From Octopus bimaculoides (lineage: Eukaryota): DNA of 42,596 bases. Each line of letters begins with the position of its first letter. Positions within the stretch are counted from its first letter, which is position 1. Below, one piece after another: positions 1 to 10,662 of the stretch. The position numbers were made by a program, and so were the translations under genes. Location: NCBI RefSeq assembly GCF_001194135.2, contig NC_068995.1, positions 6,618,610-6,661,205 of the forward strand, read 5' to 3'. The notes beneath the pieces were generated by a model, which saw nothing but the letters and a program-made list of their open reading frames with translations, had not been told where the DNA came from and did no database searches.

Positions 1-629
1 ATATATATATATATATACATATATATATAAATTTGTAGATAGATATTCTTTTCTACTCTATATAGATATATATTGACAAAGATATATGTGTGTATATGTA
101 TGTAATTATTCAGTTTTAATTCAAAATTTCTTGTCACTAGAGATAGAACCAGTTTCTGACCTAGACCCGCAGCCTCTTCATTATCATTTCATCAACATCC
201 ACAGGGTATTTTTGCATGTAAATATTATGTGTGCATTATTTAGAGTCAGTGCATGTGTAGACATGTATGTTTTGTTTTATGTATCTATTCTCTTGTTTAT
301 ATTTGCTTGTCTAGACATCTGCATATATACTTGAATGGTAATCTTCAGGAGAATTTTACAAATTTTTTATTGTTCCAGTGATGGCTTTGATCTGTAGTCT
401 TCAAATCAAGCTTCTTCTCGAGAAGCCTAATTTCTGAAGACTGGTACGTAGGCAGAGTGTTACATAATAATTAGAGGTGTAATGTATGTATGTATGTATG
501 TGTGTATGTATGTATGTATGTATGCACTTGTATGTACACACGTATGTATACAATATATGTGCATGCATATATTACATTTGTTTTCAGCCTTTTAAAGATT
601 TATATGCTTTAAGTATGATACACAGATTT

Positions 630-633
<4 letters not shown>

Positions 634-670
<37 letters not shown>
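634..670. repeat. (TA)n microsatellite
   Basis: Direct reading. Confidence 0.95.
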
Positions 671-673
<3 letters not shown>

Positions 674-913
674 AATATATGTGTATGTGTTTATACCGAG
701 CTTCTATAAAGTTGTATCTTCCAAATATCGTGGTATCTACTCGATATTGTGGCGGATGGTTTAGATACACTTTACCAGTGTAGTAAAAGTAAACAAGATA
801 ACGATGCAGCCGTAATAACAGCGTAACGATCCAACAATCTCTTCTCGAACCAACAATCACTATTCCAAACGAACTAACCAACCGACACCTTCCGGATTTC
901 CCTGCGAACTCAC

Positions 914-1010
914 CTCGAACACACAAACTTCATTTCGACCGCTGTTAATTATAATCACTCGGTCCAGTCTATTTCACGCAAGGTGGGGTCGTGACTCTCA
1001 TCACAACAAA
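914..1010 (-). other. Candidate first/5' exon in a CpG-rich island
   Basis: Minus strand reads GAAATG AAG TTT GTG TGT TCG AG|GTGAGT, a perfect donor at 913-908, within locally CpG-rich sequence (about 730-1020). The peptide MKFVCS is too short to identify. The upstream boundary is a guess. Confidence 0.25.
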
Positions 1011-1448
1011 AGTTTCCGTCTGTATTATTCCAAACATTCCATGTTAGTAAATAGTAACTATCTGTGAAATACTACCGATCTATGGTGGACACACAAGTTT
1101 CACATAAACACCGGGATTTAAAAGAAATTGTTAAAACCATAGTGGCACATTCCAAATCATTTGAATTAAAACCTACAACTGAAACAAAGATTTAAGCTCC
1201 ATTTCTTCCCCCTTTTACAACTTTTCGGTGTTCGTTCTTTCCTTGTTTTTCCTTTAAACCAATTCTATAATACTAAATGGAAAGATTCGAATCTATGGTT
1301 GTGACATTTTAATTTGTAGCTTTTTCCTGCACTTGGCAGGTATTCACTTATTCTAAAAGAGAGATAAAAACAATAGGAAAAGCTGAAACATTAAAATGTT
1401 AAGCAATATATTTCACTCTAATTGCATTTGGCACCTCACTATTAAATA

Positions 1449-1500
1449 TTGACACTTCCTGCCGTTAGGCAAGGATCGACCTTGCCTACGACATGTAAAT
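1449..1500. mobile_element. Degenerate palindromic mini-MITE-like element
   Basis: TGCCGTTAGGCAAGG-ATCGA-CCTTGCCTACGACA is an imperfect palindrome (1460-1493), flanked by TTGA/TAAA that could be decayed TTAA sites. Confidence 0.3.
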
Positions 1501-2118
1501 GATTAAAATTTGAGGCGTTTATAAACCAACACCGACAATACAGATTAAGTATATAATCTTCAGTCAAGCAAAATTTCGCAAAGAAATCAATATCTATCTC
1601 TTCTTCAGTCATTTCCTAATTTCACAAATTATTCCATCAAAATTTTGATGTCAAAATACGACTGTATATTCAACTTTTTCTCTTCTTTAATAATCTTCCT
1701 CCGTTTTACTACTTAGTATTGGGGTGAAGAATTTAAAAACTACAAGAGCTCGTTCACAAAAATCTTCACAAAAATCTTCTCCATGTAACAATTTCTTCTA
1801 CGAACTTATTTATATTCATAGGCATTTAGACTTACAGTTGATTAGCCTGACTGTGAATTAGTCCCACTGTTAATTAGTCCCACTGTTAATTTTCCCTGTG
1901 ACAGGATTTATTTTTCAGTAGAGAAGTATTGAATCAACCAGTTTAGTTGTTATTTTACATCTCATCAGGAATTTGGTTTTTCTTCCTAAAATAACAAAAG
2001 CAAAATAATTCAAGGTTTCTTAGTATAATGCAAAATGTTTGATTAGTGGCAAGTCATTTACATAATTGTTCAAAATTGACCTATCGGTATTAATTACTAC
2101 ATTACAATGAAGCTTTTG

Positions 2119-2121
<3 letters not shown>

Positions 2122-2168
<47 letters not shown>
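2122..2168. repeat. (TA)n microsatellite
   Basis: Direct reading. Confidence 0.95.
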
Positions 2169-2170
<2 letters not shown>

Positions 2171-2393
2171 GAATATAATTATTATAGTTGCATTGTTTTA
2201 GTTTTTATTACTTTAATTTAAAATCTCGAAAATTTGGAAGTTGCATAATAGGTAGTTACACAGTTTAAATGCCTTGTAGTACGTAGTTGGTTCAACATTT
2301 TCAATTTAAATACTGTAAAAAGCAGCTACATGTGCCAAAATAATGTGAACCTAAAATGTAACTGTAACCAAAATACCTAAAATAGTACACCAA

Positions 2394-2540
2394 GCTAATA
2401 ATCGGAATGTAAATAATTTATCTCCTCTACGGAAAAAAACCAGCAGGTTATATATAACCTGCTAATAATCGGAATGTAAATAATTTATCTCCTCTACGGA
2501 AAAAAACCAGCAGGTCATATATAAAACCAGCAGGTTATTT
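2394..2540. repeat. 67-bp tandem duplication
   Basis: GCTAATAATCGGAATGTAAATAATTTATCTCCTCTACGGAAAAAAACCAGCAGGT starts at both 2394 and 2461; a third partial AAACCAGCAGGT follows. Confidence 0.95.
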
Positions 2541-3279
2541 TGAAATGGCATAAACACGATCAACAAAGAACACCTTTCAAACATCACATACATTGAAATT
2601 ATTATGTCTTGCGTCACTGTTCTGTTGTGTGTGTTACTGTGTAGAATATATGAGTGAGTAAATGTATGTGTGTTTGTGTGCGTTTTCTTGTGCGAAAGTG
2701 TATGTGTGTATTTGTTTGGAAGTTTAACGAAAGAGGAGTGGAACATTATTGAAAAGTTTTAGGCAATAAGAAACAGAAGCTAAGTATTGCAGAGTATAAA
2801 TATTAATAACAGAAAACAGTTTAAAATTGAGAGACGAAACATTAACAATGTGTCCTCAAAGAAAACTTATTTAATATTGATTCAGTCAAGGATGTGTTGT
2901 ACTTTTGGATCTATTTTATATTGAAACTAGGAGAGTCAAATTTCTTGCATGCGTTAGAAGTATCTGCTGTTAGACATGAGATTTCAGCAGACGTATTTTT
3001 GTATTGGTTATATTTCGTGTAATATAATGTTTGATAACTAATCTGCCACAAGCCAGAGGATAGCGGTCTCAATGTCACACAAACTGAAGTGACCATTATC
3101 CACCATTCATATGATATTTGTATATAAAATAATATATTATATATAGTATGTCTGTCATTTATAATTCATTTCTATGTAATATAATGCATTAGAAATATTA
3201 TATGCGGCATTTATATTACATTCATGTGTAACATATATATATATGTATGTGTGTGTGTGTGTATGTATGTGTGTGTGTG

Positions 3280-3322
<43 letters not shown>

Positions 3323-3559
3323 NNNNNNNNNNNNNNNNNNNNNNNNNNNNNNNNNNNNNNNNNNNNNNNNNNNNNNNNNNNNNNNNNNNNNNNNNNNNNN
3401 NNNNNNNNNNNNNNNNNNNNNNNNNNNNNNNNNNNNNNNNNNNNNNNNNNNNNNNNNNNNNNNNNNNNNNNNNNNNNNNNNNNNNNNNNNNNNNNNNNNN
3501 NNNNNNNNNNNNNNNNNNNNNNNNNNNNNNNNNAGACAACGTTTACATAAGGCACGTTA

Positions 3560-3814
3560 GTATACACTGCTGGCCATAAAGCGCTTCCCCGACTTGGAAT
3601 TGCTTTGGCGCTCGAATGATGCAAGCCTGCAGGCTAACATTTACCCTGAACGGGTTCCCAGTCCCTTGCAAGGTTACTTATTCGCACCGGGGTGGACTGC
3701 AGCAACATGAAATAAAGTGTTTTGCACAAGAACATGACGCACTGACCGTCTGGGGAAACGAAACCGTGATCTTGCGATCGTGAGTGCAACTTCCTTAACC
3801 GCTACCCTACGCAC
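3560..3814 (-). mobile_element. tRNA-derived SINE (head type 1, tail Y)
   Basis: Minus strand has A-box-like GGTAGCGGTTAAG and B-box-like GTTTCGTTTCCC, then TGTTCTTGTGCAAAACACTTTATTTCATGTTGCTGC, which matches the central domain of the copy at 27308. Confidence 0.75.
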
Positions 3815-3860
3815 ATTCATCAATGTAAATATACATAAATAAAAACACCCACAATACAAC

Positions 3861-4178
3861 GGCACTCCGTCGGTTACGACGACGAGGGTTCCAGTTGATC
3901 CGATCAGCAGAACAGCTCGCTCGTGAAATTAACGTGCAAGTTGCTGAGCACTCCTCAGACACGTGTACCCTTAACGCAGTTCCCGGGAAAATTCAGCGTG
4001 ACACAGAAACAGTGGTGAAAGAGTACAGTAAGATTCGCTACCACCCCATGCCGGATCCTCGTGGTTCTTTAGATGTTTTCATTCAATAAACACTCACAAC
4101 GCCCGATCTAGAAATCGAAACCGCGATCCTAGGATCGCGAGTCCGCAGCCCTAACCACTGGGCCATTGCGCCTTCACA
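3861..4178 (-). mobile_element. tRNA(Arg-like)-derived SINE (head type 2, tail X)
   Basis: Head GGCGCAATGGCCCAGTGGTTAGGGCTGCGGACTCGCG...GGTTTCGATTTC; 3' tail GGAGTGCTCAGC...CACGAGC...AACTGGAACCCTCGTCGTCGTAACCGACGGAGTGCC is shared with 27480-27596. Resembles the octopus OR-type SINEs. Confidence 0.8.
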
Positions 4179-4924
4179 CCCACAACATATAGTTTCCATC
4201 TCAAACAAATACGTCATATTATCAATTCAAGTTTATTGAAAATAACTTTGTCATATAAATAAATATATAAACATAGACACATACACACACACACACACAC
4301 ACGCACACACACTCGCTCGCTCATGTTATATTATGGTGTTAATTATTTTCTATTTTTGTAGTTTTTCCATCACAGTTAATTTATTTTCACCAATTTATTA
4401 AAATATATTTATGATAAATCTTTTTCTTATTCTTTCAACAATCTGTTTTTCGTTGCCATGTTTGCCAACTTTAATATTTGTATTGTGCTATAGAAATATG
4501 TGACTTATTGTTGCTACTGTTGTACGGCATCTTTCTCATTTCATACTGATAATAGTTATTTCTGTCGTCATAGTCTAAAATACGTATTTTTACATTGGAA
4601 TCATGTTTATACGTAAAAAGAAAAAAAACAGTTCTTAATTTCTCCTCTCACTTGTGTTTGAATCTCTAACTCTAAGCAAAATTATTCAGATTTTTTTTCT
4701 TTATAATGAAGGTTTTTTAATTCGCCATTTCTAAAGGTAATTAAATCATGTATCTACTAAATCTACACTTAATTTTTTTAATCATATTTAAGATACTTTT
4801 ATTACAAGAATATGCATATTTTTATTATATTTTATTCGTTATTAGCGACGGGAGCAATATTAGTTCAAAATGGTATTCTGTATATCATACTTAATGTAGA
4901 TATACAGTAGAAAGCCTGGAAACA

Positions 4925-5113
4925 GCGGTATTCATTGCTTATTGGCAGTTCATCCGTCTTCACGTTCTGAGTTCAAATTCGGTTGAGATCAGCTTTGCGT
5001 TTCGTCCTTTCGGGGTCGGTAAAATAAGTCCCAGTTAAACACTGGGGTCGATGTAATCGACTTACTCCCTCCACCCGAAATTGCTGGCATTGCGCTAAAA
5101 TTTGAAACCAATA
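4925..5113 (+). mobile_element. SINE family A copy (5'-degenerate)
   Basis: CGTTCTGAGTTCAAATTC (B-box) ... CCTTTCGGGGTCG ... ACTGGGGTCGATGTAATCGACTTA ... AAATTTGAAACCAATA. Confidence 0.85.
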
Positions 5114-5126
5114 AGTCATTTTTAAG

Positions 5127-5326
5127 ACGGCGAGTTGAGAGAACTTGTAGCACGCCAGACAGAAAGCTTTACGGATTTTCGTTCGTCCTTATGTTCTGAG
5201 GTCGTCTTTGCCTTTCAACCTTTTGAGGTTGATAAAATGAAGACCAGTTAAACAGCGGGGTCGATGTAATCGACTTACTTCCTTCCCTTTAAATTCTTGA
5301 CCTTTTGCTAACATTTGAAACCAATA
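5127..5326 (+). mobile_element. SINE family A copy with internal deletion of the B-box region
   Basis: GGCGAGTTGAGAGAAC head; GTTCTGAG is joined directly to GTCGTCTTTGCCTTTC; 3' end TTTGAAACCAATA. Confidence 0.8.
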
Positions 5327-5477
5327 CGATGAGTAAATTGCCATCTAGAAAAAAAAAAGAACAAAACCAAGAAAAAAAAGGAAAAAGCAACAGCAGACAT
5401 CCCAAAACGATTATTTCTGTGCAAAATGAAATGCAAGTAGAAAAATACGTATATATCATTTCTCTAACCAGGTTCCA

Positions 5478-5640
5478 TCATTCCCTTTCAAGCCATATCC
5501 AATGGCTGGTTCTTTCAACTGTTGAATGGATTTCTTTCAAATAGCGTTTGCTCAAACGATGATTAACGCCGATTGATAACAGCCACATTTAAGAGTTCGA
5601 TTAATTGATCTAGCGCTAACTAGTGTTAAATATCTATCGA
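5478..5640 (-). pseudogene. 3' end of an RLE-type non-LTR retrotransposon ORF (HERO-like)
   Basis: Translates VSARSINRTL (frameshift) MWLLSIGVNHRLSKRYLKEIHSTVERTSHWIWLERE* (5588-5478), matching the EVGxRG...AExASxWIWxxR C-terminus of RLE LINEs. Confidence 0.6.
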
Positions 5641-5880
5641 CAACAAAACTGCTTATTCTATTTACAACCTTTTCCTGTTGTTTATTTTATCGAACATGTT
5701 TATGGAATTATCAGTTTCCGTGTAAATCAAATAACATAAATTATCAGAATTAGTATTTATTATTATCATTATTATTATTATTATTATTATTATATCGTCA
5801 GACATGGAATTATCTCATTGCTTTATAATATCAACACTATTCATAAAGTATTAAGTATTGGTATTATTTTCTGTGGCGGT

Positions 5881-5881
<1 letters not shown>

Positions 5882-5962
<81 letters not shown>
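5882..5962. repeat. (AAT)n microsatellite, tail of the adjacent minus-strand SINE
   Basis: Direct reading; abuts the SINE 3' end at 5963. Confidence 0.95.
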
Positions 5963-5963
<1 letters not shown>

Positions 5964-6152
5964 TCTTTTTCTACTATAGCCGCAAGGCCTGAAGTCTGGG
6001 GGAGGGGGATAGTTGATTACATCAAACCCAGTACTCAACTGGTACTTAATTTATCGACCCCGAGCGGATGAAAGGCAAAGTCGACCTCGGCAGAATGAAT
6101 TTGAACTCAGCTCGTAGCGACGGGCGAAATACCGCTAAACATTTCATCCAGG
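5963..6152 (-). mobile_element. SINE family A copy (5'-truncated)
   Basis: Plus strand: TTCTTTTTCTACTATAGCCGCAAGGCCTGAA ... GGATGAAAGGCAAAGTCGACCTCGG ... ATTTGAACTCAG ... CGAAATACCGCTAAACATTTC. Confidence 0.9.
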
Positions 6153-6159
6153 TATATGA

Positions 6160-6412
6160 AGGAAGGCATATGAGAAGTATAGAAAAAAATAGCAAAGTAG
6201 CAGGACCTGGCTATTAAATTACAACAAAGAACAGGGAAAGTGCGGTTAAAATATATCCCAGTAGTTATAGGTGCATTGAGAACAATTTCCAAAGATCTGA
6301 ACAGATGGATAGAGGAAATAGGCATAAAAGCCAATTTAGTACAGCTGCAGAAAACAATTTAGTACAGCTGTAGAAAACAGTCTTATTGGGGATAACTAGG
6401 ATAGAAGAATAC
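6160..6412 (+). pseudogene. R4/Dong-clade LINE C-terminal RLE fragment
   Basis: Translates KIAK*QDLAIKLQQRTGKVRLKYIPVVIGALRTISKDLNRWIEEIGIKANLVQLQKT [23-bp tandem duplication 6333-6378] VLLGITRI, i.e. the KYxDL...IPVVIGALG...LQK..LLGT motif. Confidence 0.8.
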
Positions 6413-6599
6413 AAAAGTTGTTTAAATGCTAATTTCATTGTGTAACTTTTTCTTTATTTTTTTATTTTTTTCTTTGGTCAGTAAGTGTATCTAGAAACCA
6501 AAGGAAATAACCACTGTTCCCTTCAAACTTTACTTTTATTACCTGGACATCAATGTTTTGAAACTGACCTATTCTCCATTACATTTCAAACAAATTCAG

Positions 6600-6790
6600 C
6601 GCTGAGTTGCTGATGCAGAAATATCGTTACAGCATATCTTCTGCTCAATACCACACAGTTGCTTGACCATTAACCACTTGAGCATGTCCCTTAGTTGCTG
6701 ACATTATGTACATCTCTGATCATGAGCAGGAGTAGTAAGGGAGCATCATAGCCAGGTGTTGAGAAGGATTCTTTGGGATTTGAATAAATG
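6600..6790. mobile_element. Interspersed repeat fragment (unclassified)
   Basis: TTGAGCATGTCCCTTAGT...CATCTCTGATCATGAGCAG...GGAGCATCATAGCC...GATTCTTTGGGATTTGAATA resembles a common octopus repeat from memory; no second copy in this window. Confidence 0.4.
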
Positions 6791-6899
6791 TTAAAAAAAA
6801 CAAAGTTTGAAGTAAATATCAGCCATTTTTCATACTTTCTAGGGGTCAGCAAATAAGAAATAAGAGTTGCTACCGAAGGACAAAAATCATGTTATTTAG

Positions 6900-7109
6900 C
6901 AGTGATGTTGTCTTGGGGCTTGCTGACAAGTCTCTTCATATCTCAAGACTCTTTCTTCGAATTCCCGCCGAATACAGGATTGCACTTTTGCGTAGGTAGA
7001 CGATGCAACTTTCAATTCCACTACCTTTCAGTTTCTCTGTCAGTAGTTTGGATTTTGTGCCAAGTGCACCATATGAATAATTGTCATTTTATTCTTCCAC
7101 AATCTCTTC

Positions 7110-7148
<39 letters not shown>

Positions 7149-7440
7149 GACTAAGTCATGTTATTTCTCAATTATCCCAATTCCTTTGCTGTCTACTCTA
7201 TTATCATATAGGCATTGCAAAGTCTATGATGTTACACTGTCTACATTTTTCTGCTTTGTTTCTTTATTATTTTTTTTTCTTTGGTCTTCGTTAATCGTAT
7301 CTAGTCTTCTTGCTTCAATATCAAGCATGGTCAGTCTTTATGGAGAAATCTCATAAAATCCTATAATTATTATTCACCATCACAACCTATCTCGTGGTCA
7401 TAGCAGTCTTCTGTCACTTCGAATCCACAAACTTGACTAA
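6900..7440 (-). pseudogene. R4/Dong-clade LINE 3' fragment (post-RT region plus RLE), interrupted by (GA)n
   Basis: Frameshifted translation: CGFEVTEDCYDHE ... DFSIKTDH (7350-7327), EARR, IIDFAMP (7230-7210), RLWKNK, GALGTKSKLL (from 7070), LRKSAILYSAGIRRKSLEI* (stop 6938-6936). A (CT)n tract lies at 7114-7146. Confidence 0.85.
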
Positions 7441-7450
7441 TATCCTACGT

Positions 7451-7455
7451 TATTA

Positions 7456-7525
<70 letters not shown>
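7451..7525. repeat. (ATT)n microsatellite, probable retroelement tail
   Basis: Direct reading; on the minus strand it follows CACTCTATCAT. Confidence 0.95.
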
Positions 7526-8150
7526 GATAGAGTGCGAGAGCACATGGGGTAAAATATACGAAGCCCATTATACCCATCATGACTGCCCGTCTGATAAGGT
7601 TACACCAGGCACATGCATCGCGGCCCTCTCTTTGCAAAGGATGTTAGTAGCAAGATAGAGATGGTGGCAATAGAATGCGTCAACAAGAAGAGAAAGTGAA
7701 AATGCACCAACCTCGTCCGAGAAAACCTGAGGCGAGGCGTGATGATCTTACAGTAATAAGTAATACGTGTTCATCTCCTCAATACTGTCTTTTAGTGACA
7801 GCTTATTTTCAGTCAGTTGAGACTTCTCTGACTACTTCTTACCTCATTCTGCTTCGAATATAGAACTGTATGATCTTTCCAGATGCTCAACTTGGAATCT
7901 TGCCCTGGTTAATACGTGTTCCTCTTACCATCCAGCACATCTTTACTGCCGATGACACCGATTTTAGCGGAAGCCCGGCGATAATGTAATCTGTAGAAGG
8001 CGACGGTCTTGCTTACTCTCCACTGTGTAGGATATTTCTCAGTGCCTTTAGCTTTTGCAACATAGATTCCAGAAGGAAACGGAAGCGATGAGAATGGCCT
8101 TCGCCAATGATTGACCTCGTTATTCAAAAGGCTGCACTACGGGCAGCTGA
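7526..8150 (-). mobile_element. 5'-truncated retroelement 3' region with (AAT)n tail, clade uncertain
   Basis: Ends GCATGTGCCTGGTGTAACCTTATCAGACGGGCAGTCATGATGGGTATAATGGGCTTCGTATATTTTACCCC...CTCTATCAT(AAT)n. One frame near 8115-8045 gives SLAKAILIASVSFWNL, reminiscent of an RLE ORF terminus. Confidence 0.5.
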
Positions 8151-8160
8151 AAGAACACGG

Positions 8161-8161
8161 A

Positions 8162-8219
<58 letters not shown>
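8161..8219. repeat. (AGT)n microsatellite
   Basis: Direct reading. Confidence 0.95.
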
Positions 8220-8220
<1 letters not shown>

Positions 8221-8506
8221 AAATCGACATTTAAAACAATTATCAAGATTTTATTGTCATTCTGATCGACATCATCTCAATCACCAGATACGAGTTGCAG
8301 CAGCAGCAGCAGAAACTATTATTCCTACAGTTTAGACTATTATAAAAGATAAAGAAACAAAATGGTATTTAAAAAAAAAATAAAAAATAAATCTTTATAA
8401 ACTTNNNNNNNNNNNNNNNNNNNNNNNNNNNNNNNNNNNNNNNNNNNNNNNNNNNNNNNNNNNNNNNNNNNNNNNNNNNNNNNNNNNNNNNNNNNNNNNN
8501 NNNNNN

Positions 8507-8616
8507 TATATATATATATGTATGTATATATGTATATATACCTGTATAAATATATATTTATGTGTGTGTATGCGTATGTGTATAACTGTCTCTCTGACTC
8601 TTTATCCCTCTCCGTT

Positions 8617-8675
<59 letters not shown>

Positions 8676-8833
8676 TTATATATATATATATGTGTGTGTG
8701 TGTATGTATGTATGTATGTATGTATATATATATACATATATATATATACACATATCTGTATTAATTTTATTACTTTATTCTATAATTCTACCTGATTTTA
8801 ATTTTATTTGTCAATATTAGAAGTTGATATATA

Positions 8834-8872
<39 letters not shown>

Positions 8873-9195
8873 TATCGAATTGTTATTTATCTCTCTTTCC
8901 CCTGTTCTTCCGTGTTTGTCTTTCTTTTCTCTCCTTACCCTCTCTTTCTCTCTCCCCCTCTCTCTCACTCTCCTTCTTTTTCAATTGTACTATTTCATAA
9001 AGAGACCAGAGACAACAAAAATTCTTTCTCCACACACTAATATAGAAATATATTAAAATATATAACAACTATTTGTGTCTTCAAATAAATACCATTCCAG
9101 CGGTATTAATCTGCGATTAATGTATGTTTTTAGAAATTAGCTTTTCTACCGCACAAAATGGCTTCTTAATATTTTAAAGTTCTACGGGGGTTTAC

Positions 9196-9242
<47 letters not shown>

Positions 9243-9616
9243 AACATATATACATATGACATACATATATACATACATATATGTATATATCTATGTATGT
9301 ACGTATGTGCGTATATATATTTTGTACACACACATATATATATGTGTGTACGTATGTATGTGTCTATATATATATATATATAAATTTTTTTTTCATATAT
9401 ATATATATGTACATGCATGCACACATGTGACCGTTTGTATATGCTTAACTGTGTATAGGTAGATAAGTATATTTAAATGTATATACATATGAAAATATAT
9501 AAGTATATATATATATATACATATGTATATATATATATATACATAATATATGTACATATATACATATAGTATTAAATATCACACACATTGTGTGTGTGCG
9601 TGTGTTGCATCGGTTA

Positions 9617-9683
<67 letters not shown>

Positions 9684-9830
9684 AGTATGTATGCATGTAT
9701 GGATGTATGTATGTATGCATACATATCCATACATACACACTGATATATCTACATATATATGTCAATACATATACATATGCATATACATATATATATGCAT
9801 GTACGTGCATATACGCATTTCTCATCGTCC
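8507..9830. repeat. Compound TA/TG/CT/TATG microsatellite-rich low-complexity block
   Basis: Multiple adjacent di- and tetranucleotide tracts with short AT-rich spacers. Confidence 0.85.
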
Positions 9831-10127
9831 GTCTAGGTATTTTAAAATAATTATATTCACGACTTGTATTGTTTTTGTTTTCGATTTTTCCTAAAAATAT
9901 TGTTATATTATCATATTACTTGATAACATTAAATATTATAGTTTTATATTTTTGTATAGTTCATTGGTATTGTTTTTAATTTTATATTTTCGCTCTAAAA
10001 TGTGTGTGTGTATATGTGTGTATGTGAGTGAATGTGTGTGCCTGTGAGAGGTGGGGACTGGAGGTTAAAGAATTATTATTATCTTTCCAGTTGGAAGAAT
10101 TCGATGTGAATTAATATGGTATCAGAC

Positions 10128-10172
<45 letters not shown>

Positions 10173-10519
10173 TAAGATGTACTCAATGATAGAGTACGTG
10201 AAGGTGAGAGTATCATCTGCAGTGTGCCTGTGTGTCTACAGGAGTGTCAACTCTGGTGATGTATAACAGCGTGGTGTGTTCGTGAGGATGTATATATTAG
10301 CATGTGAGGCAGTATGCAACTACGAACCACTATATACATATGTATATATGTGTGTGCGCGCGCTCATGTGTGTGTGTGTGTGTGTGCACGCGCTCGTGTG
10401 TGTGTGCATGTGCATGTATGTATGCATATAGGTAGAGAGAGAGTTTATTCCTAAACCAGGCATGTTGTTGACAGGGTCCTGGAAGTTTTGTCCAGTTAAG
10501 CCATCATCGGACTGCCTAA

Positions 10520-10662
10520 ATAAATTCCGCTGAGTTCCATTTTGCCTTTCATCCTTTCGAGATTGATAAATTAAGTACCAGTTACGTACTGGGTCCGATC
10601 TAGTCCACTGGCCCCGTCCCCACAAACATTTCAGGCTTTGTGCCTAGAGTTGGAAAGAATAT
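10520..10662 (+). mobile_element. SINE family A copy (3' half)
   Basis: AAATTCCGCTGAG ... TTTGCCTTTCATCCTTTCG ... AATTAAGTACCAGTTACGTACTGGG ... CAGGCTTTGTGCCTAGAGTTGGAAAG. Confidence 0.85.

Noticed and set aside
141-443. Two 65-nt plus-strand exon-like segments (141-205, 379-443)
   Set aside because: The first donor (GTATTT) is weak, splicing them gives an immediate TGA, and the equal length appears coincidental; not supportable without RNA data.
378-443. C/D-box snoRNA reading (GTGATGG ... CTGA)
   Set aside because: The C box is imperfect, the terminal stem is not positioned for a K-turn, and the D box is sequestered in the internal hairpin.
914-985. LDRVIIINSG resemblance to the ABC-ATPase segment after the H-loop
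   Set aside because: There is an in-frame TGA just upstream, the His-Asp spacing is wrong, and no other ABC motifs are nearby.
4122-4139. Perfect 18-bp palindrome CGCGATCCTAGGATCGCG
   Set aside because: It lies inside the tRNA-derived SINE head; explained by that element.
7909-8127. 72-aa minus-strand ORF with a GTAAGA donor as a host exon
   Set aside because: The best acceptor (CTTTCAG) gives stops in all three frames, and the segment is contiguous with a retroelement-like tail.
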